Positions 18,351 through 27,326 of a stretch of DNA of 64,000 bases are shown one piece after another. The stretch is from Thermoleophilia bacterium (lineage in GTDB: Bacteria > Actinomycetota > Thermoleophilia > BMS3ABIN01), in contig JACUUL010000001.1 in the NCBI GenBank assembly GCA_014859345.1, positions 2,720 to 66,719 of the forward strand, in the 5' to 3' direction. Below the pieces are notes generated by a model. That model made no database searches, was not told where the DNA came from, and saw nothing but the letters and a program-made list of their open reading frames with translations. The position numbers and the translations under genes are program-made. Every line of letters begins with the position of its first letter. The stretch's first letter is position 1.

Positions 18351-18784
18351 TGTCTGCGGATAAACCCCTGCCTCGTCCCCGCAGGAAATCACGGGAGCCC
18401 GAAGGAGGGCTGCTGGCGGACAAGATGGCCAGGGCCATGGCAGAGGGCAGGTTTGATGAGTTTGTCGATAAAGAGCTGAAGGGAAACGAGGGCGCCCGCC
18501 GGCTAGCCGAATTGATGATGCATACCACGGGCATGGCTCCGCCCGCGGCCGGCAAGCAAAAGCGGAAGCAAACGCCTCGCAAAAAGATCCCGCCGGAGCA
18601 GAACGCCACCGGTAAAGAAAAAGTTGCGACCGGTGAGAAGCCGGGAGCCGCGGCCTCTCTGAAGCCGGGCGTAATGGAGGAGCTTTCCCGAATCGCCGCG
18701 GAAAATGGCGTTGAGGTGGACTGGATAATATCCAGGGCTCTAGGCCTTTATATCCGGGACCACCGGGCCACAGGCAGGCTTTAG
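18347..18784 (+). CDS. Hypothetical protein (basic, low-complexity middle; possible RHH-like C-terminus)
   Basis: 145 aa, overlaps the previous gene by 4 nt. No recognisable motif. Confidence 0.3.
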   Translation: MMSADKPLPRPRRKSREPEGGLLADKMARAMAEGRFDEFVDKELKGNEGARRLAELMMHTTGMAPPAAGKQKRKQTPRKKIPPEQNATGKEKVATGEKPGAAASLKPGVMEELSRIAAENGVEVDWIISRALGLYIRDHRATGRL

Positions 18785-18836
18785 AATCTGTTGCGATCGC
18801 TGCAAATAACCAAAAGGCCTTGATCGTCCGGAAGCT

Positions 18837-19925
18837 TCAGGACGCCAGGAACTTCATGAACCTGTCGCGTATCTGTTCTGCGTCGAGAGGTATCTGCGAA
18901 ACTTTTCTGTCCCCTGCGCGCGCCGGCACGTGCAGGAAAAAAGGGCTTTCCGGCTTTTTCAGGGCGTCCAGGATTTCCTCAGCTGCCGCCGCTTTCCCGG
19001 TATGGCGAAAGCCCATGCCCCGGGCCAGCAGCTCCAGCTCGACGCAGCTGCCGGTCAGCGTCGGCTGTCCTCCGGTGGATCCGTAGGAGGCGTTGTCCAC
19101 CGCGATCACAAACAGGTTGCCGGGGTCCAGCATCGCGGCGGTGGCCAGGGTGCCCGGATTCATCAAAATGCTGCCGTCGCCTTCTATTACATAGATCTTT
19201 TTTGCTGTCGAAATGGCAAGTCCCAGACCGATCGCTGTCGCCATCCCCATGCTCCCCAGCATATAGAAATTTGAAGGCTGTTCGATGATCTCGTAGAGCT
19301 CTTTCGCTGGCACGCCGAGATTGCAGACCACCGCTTCGCCCCTGAGCGCCGGGGCAGCGGCCTCTATCACGGCGTAGCGGTCAAGCGCCGGTGCGGGAAT
19401 GTCCGCTATATCAAATGCTCCCGCTGAGACCTTGCAGGCGCGTCCGGAACTCTCACCCATGACCTCCGAACCTTCCCAGAGGACCGGGCTCATGAGGAAG
19501 AAATGTATGCTGCCCTCCGCGTATGCCCTATTGAGTTCTCCCGCAACCTTGCCCATGTCTTCGGCGGTGTGTAGTTCAGTCGAGTCCAGGCCCAGGGCAT
19601 CCAGAAGGCCGGGGAGCGCGCGGCCCATGGGAACCTGTGCGGCTATGCCCTCCTTGTACACACCCCGCCAGCTCACGAAAACAGCAAGCGGCAGGCCATA
19701 ATAAAAGTTGAGGGACATCAGGGCGTTTATCATGTTGCCGACGCCCGAGCTCTGGATCATCAAGGCGGGCCTTTTCCCGGCCAGGGCAGCTCCCGCCGCG
19801 ATGCCCATTCCCTCTTCTTCGCGGGTAAGCGGCACTCTCCGAAAATAGCTGTCGGAGAGAGTCAAAAGCCCCTTTATCCTGTCGCAGGGGAGGGTGCAGA
19901 GGAGATCGACTCCTCCGGCCCTCAT
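18837..19925 (-). CDS. Fused TPP-dependent sulfopyruvate decarboxylase (ComD-ComE like; alternatively phosphonopyruvate decarboxylase)
   Basis: 362 aa. The N-terminal half resembles ComD (GIAAGAALAGKRPALMIQSSGVGN). The C-terminal half carries a TPP-binding motif (VIEGDGSILMNPGTLATA) like ComE. No PEP mutase gene nearby, which favours sulfopyruvate. Confidence 0.6.
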   Translation of the reverse strand: MRAGGVDLLCTLPCDRIKGLLTLSDSYFRRVPLTREEEGMGIAAGAALAGKRPALMIQSSGVGNMINALMSLNFYYGLPLAVFVSWRGVYKEGIAAQVPMGRALPGLLDALGLDSTELHTAEDMGKVAGELNRAYAEGSIHFFLMSPVLWEGSEVMGESSGRACKVSAGAFDIADIPAPALDRYAVIEAAAPALRGEAVVCNLGVPAKELYEIIEQPSNFYMLGSMGMATAIGLGLAISTAKKIYVIEGDGSILMNPGTLATAAMLDPGNLFVIAVDNASYGSTGGQPTLTGSCVELELLARGMGFRHTGKAAAAEEILDALKKPESPFFLHVPARAGDRKVSQIPLDAEQIRDRFMKFLAS

Positions 19926-19930
19926 GGCCT

Positions 19931-21184
19931 TCAGGAATATCTCTTCAGGGTTTGGCAGAAAAGCTCCTCCAGTTCAGGATTGCTTATCTCTTTCGAAACC
20001 AGCTCGCCCTTGACCTTGCGGGCCTTCCTTTCCCTTTTGATGAGTTTCTCGCCCCCGCCTGTAATGTTGAGCAGGACCGGGTCTGTCTTTGGCAGCGAAC
20101 CAGCGGCCTTGACAAGCGACGCCACCGCCACAGCCGCGGCCGGAACTATATCCAGGCCTTCCGTTTCTTCAAACAGTTCTGCCGCCTCCCGGGCCTCCTC
20201 GTTGGTTATGCCGTAGAAATCACCGCCGCACGCCTCGAGCGCGTCGTATACGCCTCCCTGCACCGAGTAGGCCGGATACCGGGACGACAGTACCCGGGTG
20301 GAGATCATTTCTATCAACCTCGAGTCCAGATCCTTGGCAGCCAGTTCCCTCCTGTGATGCTTCCAGGCCCAGTACATGGGAGCGAAGGGCAGGTTCTGCG
20401 CCAGATGAAGCTGGGGAAGACTGTTGCCGAAACGCCCGTCCGCCAAAAACCTCTCAGCCATCTCCCAAGACGCGATCGCCCCGGCGCCGCTTCCTACCGC
20501 CTGGAAATAATGCGCCGGCAGCCTGCCCATCGCCGAAACTGCTTCCAGGAGCACCACCCCCAGGCCGTCCCGTTTGGCGACGTTCTTCACCCCTCCCTCA
20601 AATGGCATTCCGGAGACCCGGGCGACCCTTCCGGCCAGATCTATGGCATCGGAATAATCGCCGTCCTTGACCACCAGGGTAAGCACACCCGCGGAATCGG
20701 TGTGGTACCACATCTCCTTCCAGCACATGAAGGGGACAACTATAATCACCGGATAGCATGCCTTGGCGGACAGGTAAGCGAAAGATCTTGCGGTATTTCC
20801 GGCTGAGGCCACAACCAGCCCTTCCACGCCATTCTCCCTGGCATTCTCCATTACCACCGCTGCCTCGAACTCCTTGAACGTGCAGGTCTCCGTAAGCGCT
20901 CCTATTTCCGGGGTGTAACCCGTGTATGCAACATGGAGATCGTCAAGCCCGAGTGCCCGGGCAAGACCCTGTGAGCGGTATATCACCGGACCGGGCATTT
21001 TGAATGCCGGCTCGTGGACGGGCAGCCAGTTGAAGCGCCAAATGCCCGGGGCGCCGCTTTCGCGAAACAGCCTGTCGCGGTACTCGGTGACCAGCAGGGA
21101 ATTCGGGCAATGCTCGCAAAAGGCGCAATAGATCTCCTCAAGCGCCTTGCCGCATTTCCTGCATCTTATACGAAAATGGCTCAT
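19931..21184 (-). CDS. Threonine synthase-like PLP enzyme with N-terminal zinc ribbon; candidate cysteate synthase
   Basis: Real start ATG at 21184, forming an ATGA overlap with the HdrD-like stop. CRKCG...CAFCEHC zinc ribbon, TFKE PLP-lysine region, Gly-rich SAGNTARS. Adjacent ComDE-like gene supports a sulfonate (cysteate to sulfopyruvate to sulfoacetaldehyde) route. Confidence 0.5.
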   Translation of the reverse strand: MSHFRIRCRKCGKALEEIYCAFCEHCPNSLLVTEYRDRLFRESGAPGIWRFNWLPVHEPAFKMPGPVIYRSQGLARALGLDDLHVAYTGYTPEIGALTETCTFKEFEAAVVMENARENGVEGLVVASAGNTARSFAYLSAKACYPVIIVVPFMCWKEMWYHTDSAGVLTLVVKDGDYSDAIDLAGRVARVSGMPFEGGVKNVAKRDGLGVVLLEAVSAMGRLPAHYFQAVGSGAGAIASWEMAERFLADGRFGNSLPQLHLAQNLPFAPMYWAWKHHRRELAAKDLDSRLIEMISTRVLSSRYPAYSVQGGVYDALEACGGDFYGITNEEAREAAELFEETEGLDIVPAAAVAVASLVKAAGSLPKTDPVLLNITGGGEKLIKRERKARKVKGELVSKEISNPELEELFCQTLKRYS

Positions 21185-22383
21185 AAGCAGCCTGCCAGAA
21201 GTTCCATGATGTCCGTTATCCTGACCTGCTTTTCGTATCCCTCCATGGCCTCGTTCACCTTTGAATAGCACGCGGGACAGCTCAAAATGAACCTGTCCGC
21301 GTTCTTCTCCCAGGCCTCGTCTATAGCCAGCCTGCCAATTGCCACCGCATTCTCATGAAACACCTTCCGGGCTGCTCCCCCGGCTCCGCAGCATCGCGAA
21401 TCCCTGCGGTTCCGGTCGAACTCGAGGAGCTTAAGGCCCGGTATCGCCCTCAGGACCTCTCTGGGTTCCTCGATCACGCCCACCCCCCTGCTCAGGTAGC
21501 ATGGGTCGTGGTAGATAACCTTCCCGTTAAATCCACTTTTTAGCTTAAGCGTGCCTTCGGCCAAAGCCCGGCTGGCAAATTGCGTCATGTGCCTTATGCG
21601 GAAGGGTAGCTCCTTTCCCAAAAAGAGCGGCCATTCCCTGGCCATCATGTTCACGCAGCAGGGACAGGAACATATAAGTGTCTCGACCCCCTTATCCTGA
21701 TAAGCGGATACGAGCTGTTTGACAAGACCTTCCAGCAGATCGAACTGGCCGGTTATGAAAAGGGGAAAGCCGCAGCAGACCTCTTCCTCGGCGCCAAGCA
21801 TTGTAAACGGCTCTCCGGCAGCGGCCAGCACGAGCGCGTCTCCCCTTACCATGGGATGCGCTTCGTACGCCCCCGTGCATCCAACGTAGTATGCAATCTT
21901 CGCTTTCGCGACAGGCTCCACTCCCTCCGGGAACCAAGGCGAAAACCTCTCTGACGCCGGCTTGTCGTACACATTTCCCGTCTCCTTAACAAAACCGGGT
22001 ATCAATTTCTGTGGACCGATGGGGCCAAGGCCCCTCCTCACCATTTCGCGCCTCAGCATGGGCCATAGCCTCTGGGTGTAGATGCCTACCGGGCAGACTT
22101 CGCCGCACGCGCCGCAGGTTGTGCACTCGAAGATCGCCTTGGTGAACTCCTCGAGCAGCTCCTGGTTCACCCTTCGCCGGCCGAACAGCATGCCCTTGAG
22201 GCCCTGGGTCGACTTGATGAACTCCCTGAATATGCGTATCTTCTCACGGGGAGATACGGAAGCGTCGCCGGTCACATCCTGAACAGGACATTTCTTCAGG
22301 CATTCGCCGCACTGGGTGCAGGCGTCGATTTCGATCACCTGTTGACGCGAGAGGCAGCTGGTGAATGAGTCTTTCTTAATCAT
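21181..22383 (-). CDS. HdrD/DsrK/GlcF-family iron-sulfur protein (two 4Fe-4S ferredoxin motifs plus two CCG domains)
   Basis: CTQCGECLKKCPV and CTTCGACGEVCPV, then VCCGFPLF...CSCPCC and RCCGAGG...SCPAC (CCG-domain signatures). Confidence 0.7.
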   Translation of the reverse strand: MIKKDSFTSCLSRQQVIEIDACTQCGECLKKCPVQDVTGDASVSPREKIRIFREFIKSTQGLKGMLFGRRRVNQELLEEFTKAIFECTTCGACGEVCPVGIYTQRLWPMLRREMVRRGLGPIGPQKLIPGFVKETGNVYDKPASERFSPWFPEGVEPVAKAKIAYYVGCTGAYEAHPMVRGDALVLAAAGEPFTMLGAEEEVCCGFPLFITGQFDLLEGLVKQLVSAYQDKGVETLICSCPCCVNMMAREWPLFLGKELPFRIRHMTQFASRALAEGTLKLKSGFNGKVIYHDPCYLSRGVGVIEEPREVLRAIPGLKLLEFDRNRRDSRCCGAGGAARKVFHENAVAIGRLAIDEAWEKNADRFILSCPACYSKVNEAMEGYEKQVRITDIMELLAGCL

Positions 22384-23047
22384 GCAAGAGACCCTCGGTT
22401 TCCTCCTGCCTTCTTCTGGACTCGATCGTTGTGAAGGGAGCCGTGAAGATGTGGGTGGGCAGGAAGGCCAGAACGACGAATGCCAGCAGGAAATGCAGCG
22501 GGAAAAGCCAGTTTTGCGGCGGTGCGATTATCCGGAAGGAAAATATGCCCATCATGAAATTTTTCGCAGCTGTTATGTCGGCCCTGAAGTACTGGGCCAG
22601 AAACAGACCGGTGAGCCCCAGGAGCAGGATGGTGGCGGTGAGCATCAGGTTGTAGATGGAGCTGTACTTCATTCTTTCCCACACCAGCCGGTAAATCAGG
22701 ATATAGGCCAGCGAGGCGATCAGGGCCACGCCGGCATAAGGCTTGATTTGCGCCAGCACAATCATCCAGCGGGGGACGTCATAGAAGAAAAATCTCAGAT
22801 GGCCGAGAAAGACCAGAATGAACGAGATATGGAAAACCCATGATCCCGGCCATATGCCCGGATTGGCATTGAACAGCCTCCTGAGCAGGAAAATATCCAG
22901 TATCGCCAGCAGGATGGAGGAAATGGACTGCTTGCCACCAGGCGCCGGAGATCCATCTCCCCGGATGTAGATCAGAAACCGGACGGTTACGCCTACATAG
23001 AAAACGAGCAGCGCCGCATAAGCGACAATCGCCAGCAGAATGGCCAT
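22376..23047 (-). CDS. NarI/HdrE/DsrM-like membrane di-heme cytochrome b subunit
   Basis: 223 aa, 5 TM helices, His pairs in TM helices (FHISFILVFLGHL; PLHFLLAFVVLAFLPTH). Overlaps the downstream HdrD-like gene by 8 nt, as in hdrED/dsrMK pairs. Confidence 0.55.
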   Translation of the reverse strand: MAILLAIVAYAALLVFYVGVTVRFLIYIRGDGSPAPGGKQSISSILLAILDIFLLRRLFNANPGIWPGSWVFHISFILVFLGHLRFFFYDVPRWMIVLAQIKPYAGVALIASLAYILIYRLVWERMKYSSIYNLMLTATILLLGLTGLFLAQYFRADITAAKNFMMGIFSFRIIAPPQNWLFPLHFLLAFVVLAFLPTHIFTAPFTTIESRRRQEETEGLLHD

Positions 23048-23050
23048 CGC

Positions 23051-23389
23051 TCACCTTTCCAGCTCCAGGATTTCTTGCATGAACTCGATATGGGCGTCTT
23101 TCGGCAGGCGAAATCCGGCCTCCGCCTCCAGCGCCATCAATATCCCGGCCGGGACCGGACAGGACACGTGCTTTAAATGCCTGTCCGCGGCCCGGTAAAC
23201 CGGATTTTCCATGAACCTGACGAAGGCGTCCATACGGTTCAGCTCTTTAATGTCGCCGGCCATGCGGGTCACGTGCTCGCAGTCGCTCTTCATTTCAACG
23301 CTGTATGGCTCATTTTTGCCGCCGTTTCGTATGCGTACCCAGGTGATGAAACCGCAGGCCCCAGAGGTTATCCTGACGGAGGTGGTCAC
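23051..23389 (-). CDS. Hypothetical 112-aa protein, translationally coupled between RACE and HdrE-like genes
   Basis: 4-nt overlap with the RACE stop and a 3-nt gap to the HdrE-like start. Contains 4 Cys and 6 His. No known family recognised. Confidence 0.3.
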   Translation of the reverse strand: MTTSVRITSGACGFITWVRIRNGGKNEPYSVEMKSDCEHVTRMAGDIKELNRMDAFVRFMENPVYRAADRHLKHVSCPVPAGILMALEAEAGFRLPKDAHIEFMQEILELER

Positions 23390-25362
23390 CCTTTTACCGG
23401 CACGGCCGAGCCGGATTCCTCAAGCATTTTCTTTACATGAGGAAATTTGTCTTTCATGTGGGGTATATGCATGGCCTGTATGAACTCTTTCTCGAATTCC
23501 GGCTCCACTGCTATTTCCAAGTACTCGAGTTCTCTGGCCTGCTTCCTGGCCTCCAGCCGCTTGGTCCTGCTCAAAAGGGCCATTATGGCTCCATCGCCTG
23601 CGGCATTGCCCACCGCGTAAACCTTCTCCGGATCGCAATCAGGAAACATCCCCAGTGTCATCGCGGATTTCTTGTGTATGTAACTTCCAAAGGCCCCGGC
23701 CAGTATGACCTTTTCCACTTTCGCTATGCCCATTTTTTTCATCATCAGCTTGGCGCCGGTGTAAAGGGCCGCCTTGGCCAGCTGCAGCGCCCGGACGTCC
23801 GCCTGCGCGATGGTAATGTCTGTGCCAATAGATGTTTCCTTCGCCCAGGCCAGGACATATTCGAGTTTCCCGTCATGGTCCCGGCGAACTCTCTCCGTAT
23901 CCAGATCCTTGGCCATTCTTCCGGATTTGTCTATTATGCCTGCCTTGAACATCTCCGCCACTACATCGATTATCCCGGAGCCGCATATGCCCTTTGCCTC
24001 TATGTCGCCCTTGATTTCGGTATGCCATTCCTCTTTGCCAATTACTTTATACACGGGCTCCCTGGTCTGCGGGTCGATCTTCACTTTCTCTATGGCGCCG
24101 GGGGCGGCCCTCATGCCGAATTTTATCTGGGCTCCCTCAAATGCCGGACCCGTGGCGCAGGAAGTCGAGGAGAGATGTTCCTTGTTTCCGAGCAGGAGCT
24201 CGCCGTTCGTGCCAATGTCGATAATCAGAACCTTCTCTTTCATCCGGTACGGCTCCTCAGCAATGAGGACGCCCACGTTGTCCGCGCCCACGAAACCCGC
24301 CTCGATCGGCAGGACATGAACATAGGACGCATGGTTAATCCCTATATCCATATCCCGGGCCTTGATGTTAAGGTCGTTCTGCACCGCCGGGATGAAAGGC
24401 GCCAGGCCGATATACACCGGATTAAGGCCCAGGAATATATGGTGCATGGCTGTATTGAAGACTATTGTCATGTCCACTATCGACTGGCCGCCGGGCTTCG
24501 CGTCCATTTCGTAATTCGCTGTCAGCCTGCCGATCAGGTCGTTCAGGCCGTCTATCAAGGCCTTCTGCATGGTCTCGAGCCCGCCCTCGGTCATCATGGC
24601 GTAGGTGATCCGGGACATCACGTCCTCGCCGTAAGGAACCTGGGGATTCATCATCGACTCGGTTCTGACCACCTCGCCGGTTGTCAGCTCGCATAGGTAC
24701 GCGGCCACGGTAGTGGTCCCCACGTCCACCGCCAGCCCCAGGGAGGATTCCACGAAACCCGGTTCCACTTTCACTATCTCGGAATCCATCCATATGGAGA
24801 CTGTAATTTTCCAATCACCTTCCCTGATGACGTCCTGCAGGCCAGTAAGCACGGCATAGTCCATCGAGAGGCCCGTGAGGCCGTATTCCGCCTCGATCTC
24901 GGCTTTCAGCCTTTCCAGGTCACCCACGATAGTTTTTTCCAGAGTGGGTTTCTCCAGCTCCACGAAGTATTTCCTTACCGCCGGCTCAATAGGCACGGTC
25001 ACCTTCCGGGCCGTCTTTCTGACTATCTGCTTTCCGGCACGGGATTTCTCGGGAACGAAGAGCTTGACGTCTCCATGGAGCTCGGCGGCGCAGGCGAGCC
25101 TGATATTCTCACCGTCGGCGGGTTTTATGAACTTCTTTTCCCCATCCGTAATGGGACTCAGATTTGTCATCCGGGAATCAATATTGTCTTTCTCGAAATA
25201 ACCTTCATCCACCCGGACCTTGCATTTGCCGCAGGTTCCCTTGCCTCCGCATATGGATTCGAGATCCACTCCCAGTTGCTGCGCGGCCTCGATCAGGCTT
25301 TTTCCCTCTTCCACTTCGCCGCGCCGGCCCGAGGGCTGAAAAATTACCTTATGCTTGCGCAT
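23386..25362 (-). CDS. RACE-type reductive activator of corrinoid enzymes (2Fe-2S ferredoxin plus ASKHA ATPase domain; RamA/RACo-like)
   Basis: 658 aa. N-terminal plant-type ferredoxin (CGGKGTCGKCKV) followed by a large ASKHA/DUF4445-type ATPase domain. Confidence 0.8.
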   Translation of the reverse strand: MRKHKVIFQPSGRRGEVEEGKSLIEAAQQLGVDLESICGGKGTCGKCKVRVDEGYFEKDNIDSRMTNLSPITDGEKKFIKPADGENIRLACAAELHGDVKLFVPEKSRAGKQIVRKTARKVTVPIEPAVRKYFVELEKPTLEKTIVGDLERLKAEIEAEYGLTGLSMDYAVLTGLQDVIREGDWKITVSIWMDSEIVKVEPGFVESSLGLAVDVGTTTVAAYLCELTTGEVVRTESMMNPQVPYGEDVMSRITYAMMTEGGLETMQKALIDGLNDLIGRLTANYEMDAKPGGQSIVDMTIVFNTAMHHIFLGLNPVYIGLAPFIPAVQNDLNIKARDMDIGINHASYVHVLPIEAGFVGADNVGVLIAEEPYRMKEKVLIIDIGTNGELLLGNKEHLSSTSCATGPAFEGAQIKFGMRAAPGAIEKVKIDPQTREPVYKVIGKEEWHTEIKGDIEAKGICGSGIIDVVAEMFKAGIIDKSGRMAKDLDTERVRRDHDGKLEYVLAWAKETSIGTDITIAQADVRALQLAKAALYTGAKLMMKKMGIAKVEKVILAGAFGSYIHKKSAMTLGMFPDCDPEKVYAVGNAAGDGAIMALLSRTKRLEARKQARELEYLEIAVEPEFEKEFIQAMHIPHMKDKFPHVKKMLEESGSAVPVKG

Positions 25363-25582
25363 CTCTCTTCCTCCATGAAGTTTCGGATATCCCTTTAATC
25401 ACTGTTGCCGTAATCATCATCCTGAGGGATAAATGAGGGGACGGTTACCCCCGACTGCCGGATTACCGGCCGTCCTGTAACCGAAGCAGATGGTAAAAAT
25501 GCGGGGCAAACTTACCGACCGTCCCCCAATCGCGCCAATGGGGAGGTGGCGATATCCGATGTCACGTTTAACTCTGTTTCCT

Positions 25583-26266
25583 CTATTCGGCCTCTGCCTC
25601 TTGTTTAAGCCTTTTGAGAGAGCTGACCATGTCTATGGCGTCCTTGAGCGCGTTGCTGGCGTCGGCCGCGTATCCGTCTGCGCCCCACTTGTCGGCTATG
25701 TCCTGTGACGCCGGGGCGCCGCCTATCATTATTATACAATCTGGGTTCTTCTCCTTGAGATCATGGATAACCTTCTCCATGCCCGACATGGTCGTCGTCA
25801 TCATGGCGGACAGGCAAACAAGATCCGAATCCGTCCGGAGCTGCTCTTCAACGAACTTGTCGAGGGGCACGTCCCTGCCCAGGTCATAGACCGTGAAGCC
25901 GGCCACGTCGAACATCATCTTGACTATGTTTTTGCCGATATCGTGGACGTCTCCTTCCACCGTGCCGATTACCACCGACCCCCTGACACCCAGATCCAGC
26001 TGTTCGACATGGGGCCTGAGAATATCCAGCCCGGCATACAGGGCATCCGCGCACATCAGCAGCTCGGGGACGAAATATTCCTCCTCCTCGAAAAGCCTGC
26101 CGACTTCCTCCATGCCGGTCACCAGTCCGTCGAATATCGCGTCATTGGCCTTGAGGCCCTCGTCCAGCGCTATCTGCGCCCACTCCCTGGCTGTGTCCTC
26201 GTCGTACTCGATAACGGCGTTTTTGAGATTTTCCAGTATTTCCTGTTTCCGTTCTTCCGTAGCCAT
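25583..26266 (-). CDS. Corrinoid (cobalamin-binding) protein, MtaC/MtbC-like
   Basis: 227 aa. B12-binding DxHxxG motif (GDVHDIGKNIV) and N-terminal helical cap domain. Confidence 0.8.
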   Translation of the reverse strand: MATEERKQEILENLKNAVIEYDEDTAREWAQIALDEGLKANDAIFDGLVTGMEEVGRLFEEEEYFVPELLMCADALYAGLDILRPHVEQLDLGVRGSVVIGTVEGDVHDIGKNIVKMMFDVAGFTVYDLGRDVPLDKFVEEQLRTDSDLVCLSAMMTTTMSGMEKVIHDLKEKNPDCIIMIGGAPASQDIADKWGADGYAADASNALKDAIDMVSSLKRLKQEAEAE

Positions 26267-26270
26267 TAGC

Positions 26271-27320
26271 TCACCTCGCGTAGTTTCTAACCGCGTCCAT
26301 CATCGCCTCGAAGTTCCGGGGCGGAACCGTGGGCCATATATCACAGCCCGGCCACACGGCGCTGACCCCGTCGTCCAGGCATTTATTTATCGTTTGCTCC
26401 ACCAGTTCCGGAGTGCCGGATACCAAAACGTTGAACGGGTCGTAATTTCCGAATACCAGGGCATCGGGACCAAGCTCCTCCCTGGTCTTGATTATTTCGT
26501 TTCTCTGGTCCACGCTGATCGCATCGGCCCCGGCTTCCACCATGGCGCCGACTATCGGGTTTGTCTTGCCGCAGATATGGTTTACGCTGGGCACCGTGAT
26601 TTCAGCAAATATCTTCTTCAGGTTGGGCAGAATCAGTTTCTTGAAGATCCGGGGGCTAAGCACATCCGAAGTCGCCCCCATCTCCCTGACGGTAAGGTAG
26701 TCGATGCCCGCTTTTTCGTACCGCTTTAGCACCGCTATGATGACATCAGCCAGCTTGTCGAGCAGCGCCTCCACCTTGTCGGGCTTCTTGAATGAGAGCT
26801 TGAGGAGGTCGTTGAGCTCCATAATCTGTCCTGCCAGGGTAAACGGGCCCAGCACATAGCTCCCGACCGGCACCTCACCCTTGAGTTCCTCCTTGGCCAG
26901 CCCTATCGCTTCGCACACAAGGGGAACCCGGCCCTTCTCGGCCACATCGGCCGGCATGGAGAGATCCATTTCATCTTCGCTATGGATGACCTTCTCCTTG
27001 ATCGTGGGGTAAAACAGGTCCTCCGTGTGGGCATAGGTGTTTATCTCGCATCCGATGGCCTCGGCCTCGACGCAAAGATCAAACGGCACCACGGCGCAGT
27101 CGAACCCGAAGAGTTTCGGAGTGGAAACGGCCGCTTCGGCCATCTGCCGGCTATCCAGGTGCACTTCAGCGAACTTGTAGCCCAGCTTCTCGAGTCCGGC
27201 GGTGGTCACGTTGCCCAGGCCGCTGAAGCAGGCCGGCCTGTCCGTCTTCTCGCCAGCAAACACGCTGGCGACCCTTTCTTTGGCGGTCATCGTCTTAAGC
27301 TCCTGTTCTTTCCTGTTCAT
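26271..27320 (-). CDS. MtaA/CmuA-family (UroD-fold) zinc methyltransferase 1
   Basis: 349 aa. UroD-family N-terminus, zinc ligand motif VNHICGKT and downstream PGCDIWP, as in methylcobamide:thiol methyltransferases. Confidence 0.75.
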   Translation of the reverse strand: MNRKEQELKTMTAKERVASVFAGEKTDRPACFSGLGNVTTAGLEKLGYKFAEVHLDSRQMAEAAVSTPKLFGFDCAVVPFDLCVEAEAIGCEINTYAHTEDLFYPTIKEKVIHSEDEMDLSMPADVAEKGRVPLVCEAIGLAKEELKGEVPVGSYVLGPFTLAGQIMELNDLLKLSFKKPDKVEALLDKLADVIIAVLKRYEKAGIDYLTVREMGATSDVLSPRIFKKLILPNLKKIFAEITVPSVNHICGKTNPIVGAMVEAGADAISVDQRNEIIKTREELGPDALVFGNYDPFNVLVSGTPELVEQTINKCLDDGVSAVWPGCDIWPTVPPRNFEAMMDAVRNYAR

Positions 27321-27326
27321 GTTTTT

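Noticed and set aside
23437-24696. 419-aa plus-strand ORF inside the RACE gene
   Set aside because: Antisense shadow ORF. The minus-strand frame has clear ferredoxin plus ASKHA domains.
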